Source: Patescibacteria group bacterium (GTDB lineage Bacteria > Patescibacteriota > Minisyncoccia > Phycocordibacterales > JAKAEA01). Taken from it: 64,000 nucleotides of DNA. Both the position numbers and the translations under genes were made by a program. This document shows, piece by piece, positions 38,812 through 47,423 of this stretch; the stretch's first letter is position 1; each line of letters starts with the position of its first letter. The stretch covers positions 445,857 through 509,856 of the forward strand of contig JAZKCY010000001.1 of NCBI GenBank assembly GCA_040387855.1, given 5' to 3'. The notes under the pieces are model-generated. The model ran no database searches. It was not told the DNA's origin and worked only from the letters and a program-made list of their open reading frames with translations.

Positions 38812-38871
38812 GACTTAATACCCCACTAGAGGGTAGGGGGGGAGAGAAGGGAGTAACACCCCTTCTCTTTT
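38812..38871 (+). repeat. About 60-bp direct repeat, copy B (also a plausible terminator of the recombinase gene)
   Basis: GACTTaATACCCCACTAGAGGGTAGGGGGGGAGAGAAGGGAGTAACACCCCTTCTCTTTT. Confidence 0.85.
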
Positions 38872-39050
38872 CTTTTTTATTTTTTCACCTACATGGAAAT
38901 ATGAGATCATAAAACCAAAAATAGAAATAAAATATTTTCTATAAATAATTGGTAGAGAAGTTACATTAAGTTCAACATTAAGATGAAGATTAAGAACATT
39001 AAGACGCCTGTGGATAACTTTTGAGGGGACCCCTCTTAATGTTCATATAA

Positions 39051-39078
39051 GGGTCGCACAATATATCTTTTACGACTC
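39051..39078. other. Candidate dif-like Xer recombination site (11-6-11)
   Basis: GGGTCGCACAA-TATATC-TTTTACGACTC; arms are 8/11 inverted complements. Confidence 0.45.
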
Positions 39079-39259
39079 ATATATACAAATAAGCTCTATA
39101 TATAGATATATTTTGCCTCTATATAAAGGACCTGCCTGTGGCTTCTTATGTACATATCAATGTATATACTAGTATCTATAATTACATATACAACAAGACT
39201 CAAGAATTTTGCTCTTGAGTCTCCCCTGATCTTTATTTTGATTTTTTAGGCTTCTTAGA

Positions 39260-39463
39260 TTATGTTGTTTTGATTATCTTTTCGTATCGTTCAATTTGAT
39301 CTTCATTGGCGTATTTTTCTATGTCACGTTCGAAGATCTCTTTAGCCACAGATCTATGTACCTCAAACTTTTCACCGAGCTGGCCCCAAGTCCATTTCTT
39401 TGGGTCCTTAATGCGGTGCTGTACGATTTGTTCGTTTCGATGCTCCTTAGGAAGGTATACCAT
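39260..39463 (-). CDS. Small putative helix-turn-helix protein
   Basis: WTWGQLGEKFEVHRSVAKEIF; promoter TTGCAT-17-TAAAAT just upstream. Confidence 0.55.
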   Translation of the reverse strand: MVYLPKEHRNEQIVQHRIKDPKKWTWGQLGEKFEVHRSVAKEIFERDIEKYANEDQIERYEKIIKTT

Positions 39464-39669
39464 GTCCTCTATTTTATTGAACTCCCTACACCTATGCAAG
39501 GGATAACTATTTTTTGTAAAAATTATGGAGAAATTCTTGGGACCGTTAGATAGAAATAAAGTTTCAATGACTACTGTATCATTGAAAAATTTGAAGTCCC
39601 TACACTTGTGTGTGATACATGACTATATATGACAGTAAGAGGAATAGTTGAAATAAAAAAGCTCACGAA

Positions 39670-39837
39670 CTACGAAGATTTCGATGAGCGTTTGGATGTG
39701 CGTTTGTTTTTTGCACGCTTTGGTTTGTGCAGCTTTTTTAGCTTTGAGTAATTTAGCGCTGGTCCTTGTGGAGACCTGCGATCACTCAATTGGCCTTGAA
39801 GCCGACGGACCTTAGCAATAGCATCTTTTGTGAGCAT
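39670..39837 (-). CDS. Small basic hypothetical protein
   Basis: GAGGAGG SD before ATG at 39837; 55 aa, Lys/Arg-rich. Confidence 0.5.
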   Translation of the reverse strand: MLTKDAIAKVRRLQGQLSDRRSPQGPALNYSKLKKLHKPKRAKNKRTSKRSSKSS

Positions 39838-39891
39838 AGAGACCTCCTCATAAAAGTATAGCACAGGTATGTTTCACAACTTTATTAACAC

Positions 39892-39916
39892 TAGTACCTT
39901 GCAATACAAAGTACTA
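39892..39916. promoter_or_regulatory. Palindromic operator upstream of the PadR gene
   Basis: TAGTACCTTGCAATACAAAGTACTA overlapping a TTGCAA -35 element. Confidence 0.6.
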
Positions 39917-39933
39917 TGGTGTATGGTATACCT

Positions 39934-40290
39934 ATGAACAAAGAATCAATGAGCAAGGACTCCCCTTTGGAGAATTCCCGATCGCAAATGCGCAAAGGTA
40001 TTTTGGAGTTTTGTATATTATTAATTATCGCCCGTGGTCGTATTTATTCTTCTGAAATTTTGCTCCAGCTCAAGGATGCAGATTTGCTGGTAGTGGAGGG
40101 GACTCTCTATCCCCTGCTCAGTCGCCTAAAGACTCAAGGCTTGCTCGAACATTCATGGGAAGAATCAAAGTCTGGTCCCCCACGAAAATATTTTACCCTT
40201 ACAAATAAAGGCCACGATACATTGAAAGAACTGAAAGCTACATGGAAAATTCTCTCAGCTTCTATACACTCACTCATTAACAATAAATAA
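39934..40290 (+). CDS. PadR family transcriptional regulator
   Basis: QMRKGILEFCIL, EGTLYPLLSRL, GPPRKYF.LT.KG. Confidence 0.93.
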   Translation: MNKESMSKDSPLENSRSQMRKGILEFCILLIIARGRIYSSEILLQLKDADLLVVEGTLYPLLSRLKTQGLLEHSWEESKSGPPRKYFTLTNKGHDTLKELKATWKILSASIHSLINNK

Positions 40291-40291
40291 T

Positions 40292-41980
40292 ATGAAAAAA
40301 GCTTTAACAATAACTATAGCCGGTACCCTCTTTACTATTGAGGAAGATGCATATCAAAAACTTGATGTGTATTTAAAATCTATTCAAAATTATTTTGGTA
40401 CAAGTGCTGAGGGTAAAGAAATTATAGAAGACATTGAGGCACGAATTGCCGAACAGCTTTTAGAAAATAAAACGGTTGCTGGTGTTGTTACTATTGAAGC
40501 TATCGAAAAGCTCATGACAACGATGGGAAGTGTTGAAGACTTTGGTGACAAGCCAGAATCTACAGGTACAGCATCGGAGAGTTCTAATGAAGACCCTACA
40601 GCGTCACGAAAGCTGTACAGAGATACTGATGATGTGGTGATTGCTGGTGTTGCTTCAGGTATCGCACACTATATAAAAGTTGATCCGCTCTTTGTTCGTC
40701 TTGGATTTATTGTCCTCACACTTATCACTTCTGGATTTTGGATTGTACTCTATATAATTCTTGCACTCATTGTTCCTAAAGCAGAAACAGCAGCAGAAAA
40801 AATGCAGCAGCGAGGAGGACCTGTTACCCTATCTTCATTTAAAGAAACGATAAAGAAAAATAGCGAGGAGTATATGCAGCGGTCATCAAAGCTTCGCACA
40901 ATACTAGAAAGACTTATCAGAGTATTTGGAAAGATTGTTGTAGTGTTTGTTAAAATTATTATAGGTTTAATTGCTATTAGTCTTATTGCTGGTGCATTAT
41001 TTGGATTAATTACTGCAACATTTACCTATGCCAATCTTATCTTCAATAGTAATTCTACGTATGTAGGGTTCCCTATAACAGAAGTTATTGGAGGACTGGC
41101 CCTCTTTGGATTGTCTACATTCTATTTTATTGCTGTAGCAATTCCACTTATTGTTATTGCGCTTTTGGGAGTAATGATGATTCGCCGAAAGAAAGTAGTT
41201 GGTATGCGATCAAGCGCTATCTTAGCTGGTGTGTGGGCATTGTCATTAATTATGGCTGGTACACTTTCAGTTAAATATATTCCACAAATTCATGATCATC
41301 TTGAGTCAATGCCAGAGAATCAAAGAGTAACTGAAACTCAGGCTATTACTCAGCCTTTTACCAAGCTCGATCTTAATGGATTTGAAAAAGTAAAATTTGT
41401 TCAAGCATCTACAACCTCAATTGTAGAAGAAGGACGTCGTGCTGATGTAGATGAGACAAAGTTTGAAGTGAAAGATGGAACACTTACTTTACAACGAGAT
41501 ATTCAAAATGAGTTTTGCTTGTTCTGTGATCGGGATAGTGTCGACATTATTATTTCTGCACCATTTGTAGATCGAATAGATATTACAGATAATATTCGTT
41601 TTCAAAGTGATGATATTCGTGGGGAAAAAGTGACTGTCGTAGTAGAAGATGTAGCACGAGCTGATATGAAAGTAGATGTTCGAGAATTAGTAGTTATAAC
41701 GCAGGGAGTTGCACGTGCTCATATTACAGGAACTTCAACATCGATGGGACTAACTCTAGAAGATGCTTCTCGTTTTGAAGGTGATACTATGAATGTGAGA
41801 GATGCATCTGTTAAGGCTTCTGGAGTTTCTCGTGCGTACGTACATGTAGATGCAACTCTCCATATTGATGCAGAGGATGTAAGCAGAGTTGAATACACTG
41901 GTACAGCAGAACCCACAATCATAGATAGTGATAATGCAAGAGTTGAACGAATGGATGCTGTAGAAGCTAGAACTGATTAA
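40292..41980 (+). CDS. PspC-domain membrane protein with C-terminal GIN/DUF2807-like head
   Basis: EEDAY..L..YL, DIEARIAE, KLYRD.DD.VIAGVASG, beta-solenoid repeats. Confidence 0.85.
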   Translation: MKKALTITIAGTLFTIEEDAYQKLDVYLKSIQNYFGTSAEGKEIIEDIEARIAEQLLENKTVAGVVTIEAIEKLMTTMGSVEDFGDKPESTGTASESSNEDPTASRKLYRDTDDVVIAGVASGIAHYIKVDPLFVRLGFIVLTLITSGFWIVLYIILALIVPKAETAAEKMQQRGGPVTLSSFKETIKKNSEEYMQRSSKLRTILERLIRVFGKIVVVFVKIIIGLIAISLIAGALFGLITATFTYANLIFNSNSTYVGFPITEVIGGLALFGLSTFYFIAVAIPLIVIALLGVMMIRRKKVVGMRSSAILAGVWALSLIMAGTLSVKYIPQIHDHLESMPENQRVTETQAITQPFTKLDLNGFEKVKFVQASTTSIVEEGRRADVDETKFEVKDGTLTLQRDIQNEFCLFCDRDSVDIIISAPFVDRIDITDNIRFQSDDIRGEKVTVVVEDVARADMKVDVRELVVITQGVARAHITGTSTSMGLTLEDASRFEGDTMNVRDASVKASGVSRAYVHVDATLHIDAEDVSRVEYTGTAEPTIIDSDNARVERMDAVEARTD

Positions 41981-43872
41981 GTACTAAGTGCTTTCAAGAC
42001 TTCGCTTAATTTTATTTTAGCAAAGCATGATACTTTGTCTGCGCCACCGTAATAGATAAAGATATTATCGCCACGTACTACTGCCCCACAAGGAAATACT
42101 ACGTTATTAATTTCTCCAATAAGTTCATATTGTTCAATAGGTTCAAATAAATGATCAGTCATTCGTGCAGTAACGATCATAGGGTCTTTTAGATCAAGCA
42201 TTAATGCACTTGTGCGATAAATGCCATCATCTGAAATGCCATGGTAAAGCATAAGCCAGCCTTGCTTTGTCTTGATAGGAGGACATGAAAGACCAACTTT
42301 TTTGCTGTCCCACATTCCTGGTCGTGGGGTTAGAATCGGTGTGTATTCTTTTACTCTTTTTGGATTCTTTAAATCAATATAACTAGCAACAATATTGTGA
42401 TCAATACGATGAATCATGAGATTCTTGCCATTTTTAGTAAACGGCATAATGCATGAATCTTTATCATCAATTCCCTCTGGAGAAATAAGAACGGGTTTAG
42501 TCCATTCCCAATCGTGATTGAGAAAATCTTCTGTTGAAATGCTACTAAGAGCAACTGCTGGTGCATCTGTTCCGTTGTATGCTGTGTATGTGATATAGAG
42601 TCTGTCACCTATTTCAACTATTCGTGCATCTTCACATCCTGAATTGCCATTGGGTATATTTTTACTTTCAAAGCTTTCTCGTGGGGTGTAAATAGGATAC
42701 GGCAATCGCTCATCAATCTTTGTTCCGTTTTTTGATGATGCATATCCTACTGTTGAAGTATTATCCATAGACCATGCTCTATAGAGAATGTGGATTTTTC
42801 CATCAAGATCAATTGCTGCAGGATTGAATACTGCTCTATCTTCCCACTTTTCTTTTGTTGGAGAAAGAATTGGGTTGGAAGGCAATCGTAATATCTTTTT
42901 TGAAGGATGATCCAACATTGTTTGCAGTAAATCATCAACATTCACATATGCAACTGCTGTTGTCGTATCTGTAGCTCCATAAAAGATATAAAGTGTCTCA
43001 TCTTCTATTAATGCACCGGATGGAAAAATTGTTTTCGGTACAGTTCCGTATATTTCATAATGCTCTTCTGGAACAAGAAGTGGACCTTTTGTGCGAGCAA
43101 TAACTTTTTGTGGATCTTTGAGATCAAGTAAGACAGCTTCAATACCGAATATCTTTTCTTCAGAATAATAATTTTGAATGTGAGAATAAATAATAAGCCA
43201 GCCGTGTTTAGTCTTGATTGGTGTTGATCCTACTTCAATCTGATCGGTTGGTTTTCGTTTGAGATCCGTAATAAGGTGATCATCTATTTTGTCATGCCAT
43301 GTATTCCAAAATTTCTCTGACCACATATCTTCTTCTTTTGAAAATTGTGCAATTGCAATCTTTGAAGGCGGTTCATCAGTATGAGCAGAAAGAATAACCG
43401 TATATTTGCCGTTAATCTTTTCCGGGAAGAGGGCCATTGCTTTTGCATTAAATGGCGTAACTAAATGTTTTTCTCGTACTGTTTCTAGATCATCACTCAA
43501 TGCTACGGCAACTTTAATTCCCCGAGCGCCAAATGGAAATGTAGAAAGTGCAGTATAAAACGTGTAGTAAGTCTTTCCTAATTTTGTTACGCGAGGATCT
43601 TCGCATCCATAACGTTCCCAAGCTTCTGTAGGTTCTATAAATACCTGTCTGTTTTTATAATCCGCGCCATTGGTACTTACTGCCTTATAAATAGTGGATA
43701 AAGAAAAGTTCGTATTCTCAAATCGCTCTGGAGTAGTCTGTGCTCGATACAAAATATGAGTACGAGTTCCAATTTTGATTGGACTCGCATTAAATGCAGC
43801 ATATGCTTCATGAGCATTTGTTGTGTCGGGAGAAAGTATGGGATTTTGTTTTGATCGATGGACCGTATACAT
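41977..43872 (-). CDS. Glycosidase/phosphorylase with two tandem GH130-like domains
   Basis: Two sets of NPILSP/FN(P/A)/GCED(P/A)R/FPxGA/YGxxD motifs. Confidence 0.88.
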   Translation of the reverse strand: MYTVHRSKQNPILSPDTTNAHEAYAAFNASPIKIGTRTHILYRAQTTPERFENTNFSLSTIYKAVSTNGADYKNRQVFIEPTEAWERYGCEDPRVTKLGKTYYTFYTALSTFPFGARGIKVAVALSDDLETVREKHLVTPFNAKAMALFPEKINGKYTVILSAHTDEPPSKIAIAQFSKEEDMWSEKFWNTWHDKIDDHLITDLKRKPTDQIEVGSTPIKTKHGWLIIYSHIQNYYSEEKIFGIEAVLLDLKDPQKVIARTKGPLLVPEEHYEIYGTVPKTIFPSGALIEDETLYIFYGATDTTTAVAYVNVDDLLQTMLDHPSKKILRLPSNPILSPTKEKWEDRAVFNPAAIDLDGKIHILYRAWSMDNTSTVGYASSKNGTKIDERLPYPIYTPRESFESKNIPNGNSGCEDARIVEIGDRLYITYTAYNGTDAPAVALSSISTEDFLNHDWEWTKPVLISPEGIDDKDSCIMPFTKNGKNLMIHRIDHNIVASYIDLKNPKRVKEYTPILTPRPGMWDSKKVGLSCPPIKTKQGWLMLYHGISDDGIYRTSALMLDLKDPMIVTARMTDHLFEPIEQYELIGEINNVVFPCGAVVRGDNIFIYYGGADKVSCFAKIKLSEVLKALST

Positions 43873-43878
43873 AGAATT

Positions 43879-45744
43879 TTAGATTGCGATTGATTTTTCA
43901 GGCTTGAGCGTAAACTCTTTGTTCTTTATTACTTTATCGAGTAATTCTTGAAGTGGTGCTGTTGCTACACAGATATGCTTATCTCCGCCACCGTAGTACA
44001 CATAGAGTGTATCGTTTTCTATAACTGCACCACAGGCATACACCACACCTGGCTTCCAATCATTTTCATACCAGGCATTTGGTTCAAGCAATGGTGCGGG
44101 TGCTCGAGCAAGTATTTTCTTTGGATCTTTAAGATCAAGCAACATTGCACCCAATTTATACTGATCAGGCTCGCGCTTATCTATGGCATGATATAAGACT
44201 AGCCAGCCCTTATCTGTTTTTAATGGTGGTGGACCAACTCCTCGTACATAAGTATCCCATGATGCTTGAGGCTTTCGTTTACCGAAATTACTTTTGATTT
44301 CTACTTTACCTGTAGCTAGATCCTCAAGCTTGTTCACATAATCAACTTCAATAGTTGGTGAAATATTGTGTAAGATAGCAAATTTGCCGTTAATCTTTTC
44401 TGGAAATAACACCCAGTTTTTATTTATTTTTTGAAGAGGAGAAATCAAAAGTGGTTTACTCCATCGCCACTTTTTACTTAAGAAATTCTTTAATGAAATA
44501 GAAGAAACTCCAATGCGAATACTGTCCCATCCCTCAAAGGCACTAAAAGTTACATAGACTTTGTTATCTATAGCAACCATGCGTGGATCTTCACATCCTC
44601 CCCAGCTTCCGCCAGATGGATACATTACAGGATCATATTTTCTAAATTCTGGATCTACATTGAGTCGTGGGTTTTCCATCGCGAATACAGCTTGTTCATG
44701 ATGGTCATCAAACATGAGTCCATCTGTACTTCCTGAATATCCCAAACGAGATACTCCATCAGCTCCTACCGCTCGATAGATAAGGTGTACTTTGCCTTGT
44801 GAGTCGCGAAATGCCGCAGGATTAAACGTCCCACCTGCAGTCCACTCTAAGTGGAGTGCGGGAGATAAAACAGGGTTTTTATGATGCTTTTTAAGCTCTG
44901 ATTTATCTACCTTTGGATGAGTGTGAAGTGAGTGAGTGAGTGCATGCGTTGGTACATCAAGTCGAGTACTCAAAATATAACCTTCTGCAGAGGTCCAAAA
45001 TAGAGATACTGTTGCATCAGTATGTTCTACTAAACCTAACGGCCGCATGTCGGTAAAGTGCTCGGTGGTAAGTGTTGCTTTCCATAGTGGGTCAAATGCA
45101 CGCCACAATATTTTTGTTGGAGTATGTTTATCCAAAAGCACTGCTCCTACTTGGATTACCCATTGCTCATCCTTGAGATATGAAGAATCGTAAAATAGTA
45201 GAGTCCCTCGCAATGTCTCATATGAACCCATGAGTTTTATCACATCTTGGTCAAAGAAATCTTGACGATAGGTCATGATGAGTCCAGGAGCTTTTACCCA
45301 AGTATGCAGATTTTTTGAATATGCCAAACGAGTAAAAGTGCCACCTGAAAACATATGATATTTGTGAGTATGATCGGAAGATTCTGCGAGTACTACATCA
45401 TCTGACGTTGCTGCTACTTCAGACACAATGAGCCATTTTATAAGATCGATAGATGTAGCGATAACGCGCTCTCTCGTGCCACGTTTGATGCGAATATAAG
45501 TAGCTGTCCACATTTTTTCATGTTCAGAAATGGAAAAAGTACTGCAATGGGCAGGATTTTCTTTTGTTCCATGAGGTAAAGAGATACTTATATCTTCAAA
45601 TTCTAGAGACTCTGCAAAAGATCCATCTTTTTGTTTCCAAAGAATTATAAACTTTGATGAAGCAGCATCAGTACGCGCAAAAATACCAACAGAATCTTGG
45701 TTCCCTAGTATTCCAAGTGGTATATAAGGCGTTTGTTTCGCCAT
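43879..45744 (-). CDS. GH130-like glycosidase with degenerate N-terminal propeller
   Basis: C-terminal half FNPAA, GCEDPR, NKNWVLFPEKING, VVYACGA, YYGGGD. Confidence 0.85.
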   Translation of the reverse strand: MAKQTPYIPLGILGNQDSVGIFARTDAASSKFIILWKQKDGSFAESLEFEDISISLPHGTKENPAHCSTFSISEHEKMWTATYIRIKRGTRERVIATSIDLIKWLIVSEVAATSDDVVLAESSDHTHKYHMFSGGTFTRLAYSKNLHTWVKAPGLIMTYRQDFFDQDVIKLMGSYETLRGTLLFYDSSYLKDEQWVIQVGAVLLDKHTPTKILWRAFDPLWKATLTTEHFTDMRPLGLVEHTDATVSLFWTSAEGYILSTRLDVPTHALTHSLHTHPKVDKSELKKHHKNPVLSPALHLEWTAGGTFNPAAFRDSQGKVHLIYRAVGADGVSRLGYSGSTDGLMFDDHHEQAVFAMENPRLNVDPEFRKYDPVMYPSGGSWGGCEDPRMVAIDNKVYVTFSAFEGWDSIRIGVSSISLKNFLSKKWRWSKPLLISPLQKINKNWVLFPEKINGKFAILHNISPTIEVDYVNKLEDLATGKVEIKSNFGKRKPQASWDTYVRGVGPPPLKTDKGWLVLYHAIDKREPDQYKLGAMLLDLKDPKKILARAPAPLLEPNAWYENDWKPGVVYACGAVIENDTLYVYYGGGDKHICVATAPLQELLDKVIKNKEFTLKPEKSIAI

Positions 45745-45752
45745 AGGATTAA

Positions 45753-46094
45753 TTAAGAGCGTCCATACTTATCCTCGAGTCGGATAATGTCGTTTTCATC
45801 AAAATCGCCAGTTGATATCTCGAGTATCAATGCGTTTTCTTGTGTCGTTGCAATACGATGCTGCAAGCCAGCAGGAATTGTAAATTCGTCTCCAGGTTGT
45901 GCTTCAATATGTTCTTCGCCAATCGTGAGTGTAGGTGTGCCAGAAATAACCTTCCAAAATTCTTCCCGTTTTGCATGGGTTTGCAAACTCAGCTGCTCTC
46001 CAGCCTTCACAAAAATAGTTTTAACTGTAGATAGTTCGTTGTGTGTAAATTGTGTAAATGATCCCCATGGTTTATCGGTCGTAGAAGATTTCAT
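45753..46094 (-). CDS. Cupin mannose-6-phosphate isomerase (type II C-terminal domain)
   Basis: KPWG.F, LSLQTH.KREEFW, HRI, ENDIIRLEDKYGR. Confidence 0.88.
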   Translation of the reverse strand: MKSSTTDKPWGSFTQFTHNELSTVKTIFVKAGEQLSLQTHAKREEFWKVISGTPTLTIGEEHIEAQPGDEFTIPAGLQHRIATTQENALILEISTGDFDENDIIRLEDKYGRS

Positions 46095-46219
46095 AGATAG
46101 GCTTATTATACATGGTATCTTCATGAAAGGTTCATCAAAGTATCTTCAAACTGTGGATATGTATGAACTCGCTCTAATTGATGGTTTTTTTCAGGTGCAA
46201 AATATGATATAGATATAGT

Positions 46220-47221
46220 ATGAAATTCCTTCGGAGGAGTGTCTTTTTAAATATAAGTATCTTTCTTTGTGGGATTATTCTTGGAGGAAGTGTAATATAC
46301 AGTATATTTACTTCAAGAACCCCAGCAAATACATCTAAACTCATTAGAGAAAATTCCAACGAATATACGTATATAAATCCACTTCTTTTTACAGAAATCA
46401 GTAGTAAGAATACCTTTAACGAATTCACTTCTCTTGAGAAAAAACTGAGAACCTCAATCGATCAATTCACAAAAGATAAAAAGGCTGATTCAGTCTCAGT
46501 ATATATTCGTAGTCTAAATAGCGGCCACTGGACAGGTATAAATGAAGATGTGCTCTACGCTCCTGCAAGCATGCTTAAGGTTGCTCTTATGATCGCTTAT
46601 CTAAAAGAAGTTGAATCAAATTCAGAAATTCTAGATAAAAAAATTCTATATAAAGTCATAAGTAATGAAAAACAGTTTTATTCACCACATACAACTTTTG
46701 AAGATGGGAAATATTATACAGTCCGGCAATTGATTCAGGATATGATAGTCGAATCGGGTAATAATTCAAATCTAGCACTTCTTAATGCAATCGATCAAGA
46801 AGAATTAATAAAGGTATATACAGATCTACGTATCCAGATTCCAATAAAAGACATGCCTGAATTTCTTTCAGTAAAATCCTATTCTACACTATTTAGGACG
46901 CTGTATAGTTCAACATACTTAAATAGAAATATATCGGAATTGGCTCTGGATCTTTTGGCCCATGTTAGTTTTAATGATGGACTGAAAGGTGGAGTTCCAG
47001 ACATAATTCCTGTTGCTCATAAATTTGGCGAAAGGTCATACATCAATAACGATAATCATGAAGTTAAAGAGTTACATGACTGTGGAATTGTATACTATCC
47101 GCAGGATCCATATTTTATATGTGTTATGACTCGAGGTAATGACTTCCCTTCATTAAGTAACGTTATTCAAACTATTTCGAAAGAGACCTATACTTGGTTT
47201 TCATCTAGAATCTCTTTCTGA
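46220..47221 (+). CDS. Class A beta-lactamase-like serine hydrolase
   Basis: ASMLK (SxxK), SGN, AHKFG, HDCGIVY. Confidence 0.82.
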   Translation: MKFLRRSVFLNISIFLCGIILGGSVIYSIFTSRTPANTSKLIRENSNEYTYINPLLFTEISSKNTFNEFTSLEKKLRTSIDQFTKDKKADSVSVYIRSLNSGHWTGINEDVLYAPASMLKVALMIAYLKEVESNSEILDKKILYKVISNEKQFYSPHTTFEDGKYYTVRQLIQDMIVESGNNSNLALLNAIDQEELIKVYTDLRIQIPIKDMPEFLSVKSYSTLFRTLYSSTYLNRNISELALDLLAHVSFNDGLKGGVPDIIPVAHKFGERSYINNDNHEVKELHDCGIVYYPQDPYFICVMTRGNDFPSLSNVIQTISKETYTWFSSRISF

Positions 47222-47412
47222 ATTTCTTTAAACTCATTTTCAATCTTAGCCAAACGAGCTTTGCAGGCTTTAATAAGGTCGGCACCTTCTCGAACCTTAG
47301 TAAGTCCTAGTTCTACATCAATCTCTCGTTCATTTTCAAACCATTTTACGATTTCTGAGAGTTTGGAGAGTGATTCTGTGAGATTTATCTTATTTTCAGT
47401 TTTTGTTGTCAT
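47188..47412 (-). CDS. xseB: Exodeoxyribonuclease VII small subunit
   Basis: Follows xseA; LSKL.EIV......L..V.EG..LIK.C..RL. Confidence 0.88.
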   Translation of the reverse strand: MTTKTENKINLTESLSKLSEIVKWFENEREIDVELGLTKVREGADLIKACKARLAKIENEFKEIQKEILDENQV

Positions 47413-47423
47413 GTTCTTTATTG

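Noticed and set aside
37205-38871. Direct repeats as a CRISPR array
   Set aside because: Only two copies 1.6 kb apart, no spacers, no cas genes
38900-39250. oriC, based on a DnaA box and AT-rich DNA
   Set aside because: Only one perfect box, no dnaA/dnaN nearby, and genes converge on rather than diverge from this region
37886-39837. Prophage or active integrative element
   Set aside because: No structural, replication or conjugation genes, and the recombinase lacks key catalytic residues
3714-47221. VanY-, VanW- and beta-lactamase-like genes as an antibiotic-resistance cluster
   Set aside because: Unlinked, no vanHAX or regulators; these families are common cell-wall proteins, and the lactamase-like motifs are divergent (SGN, KFG)
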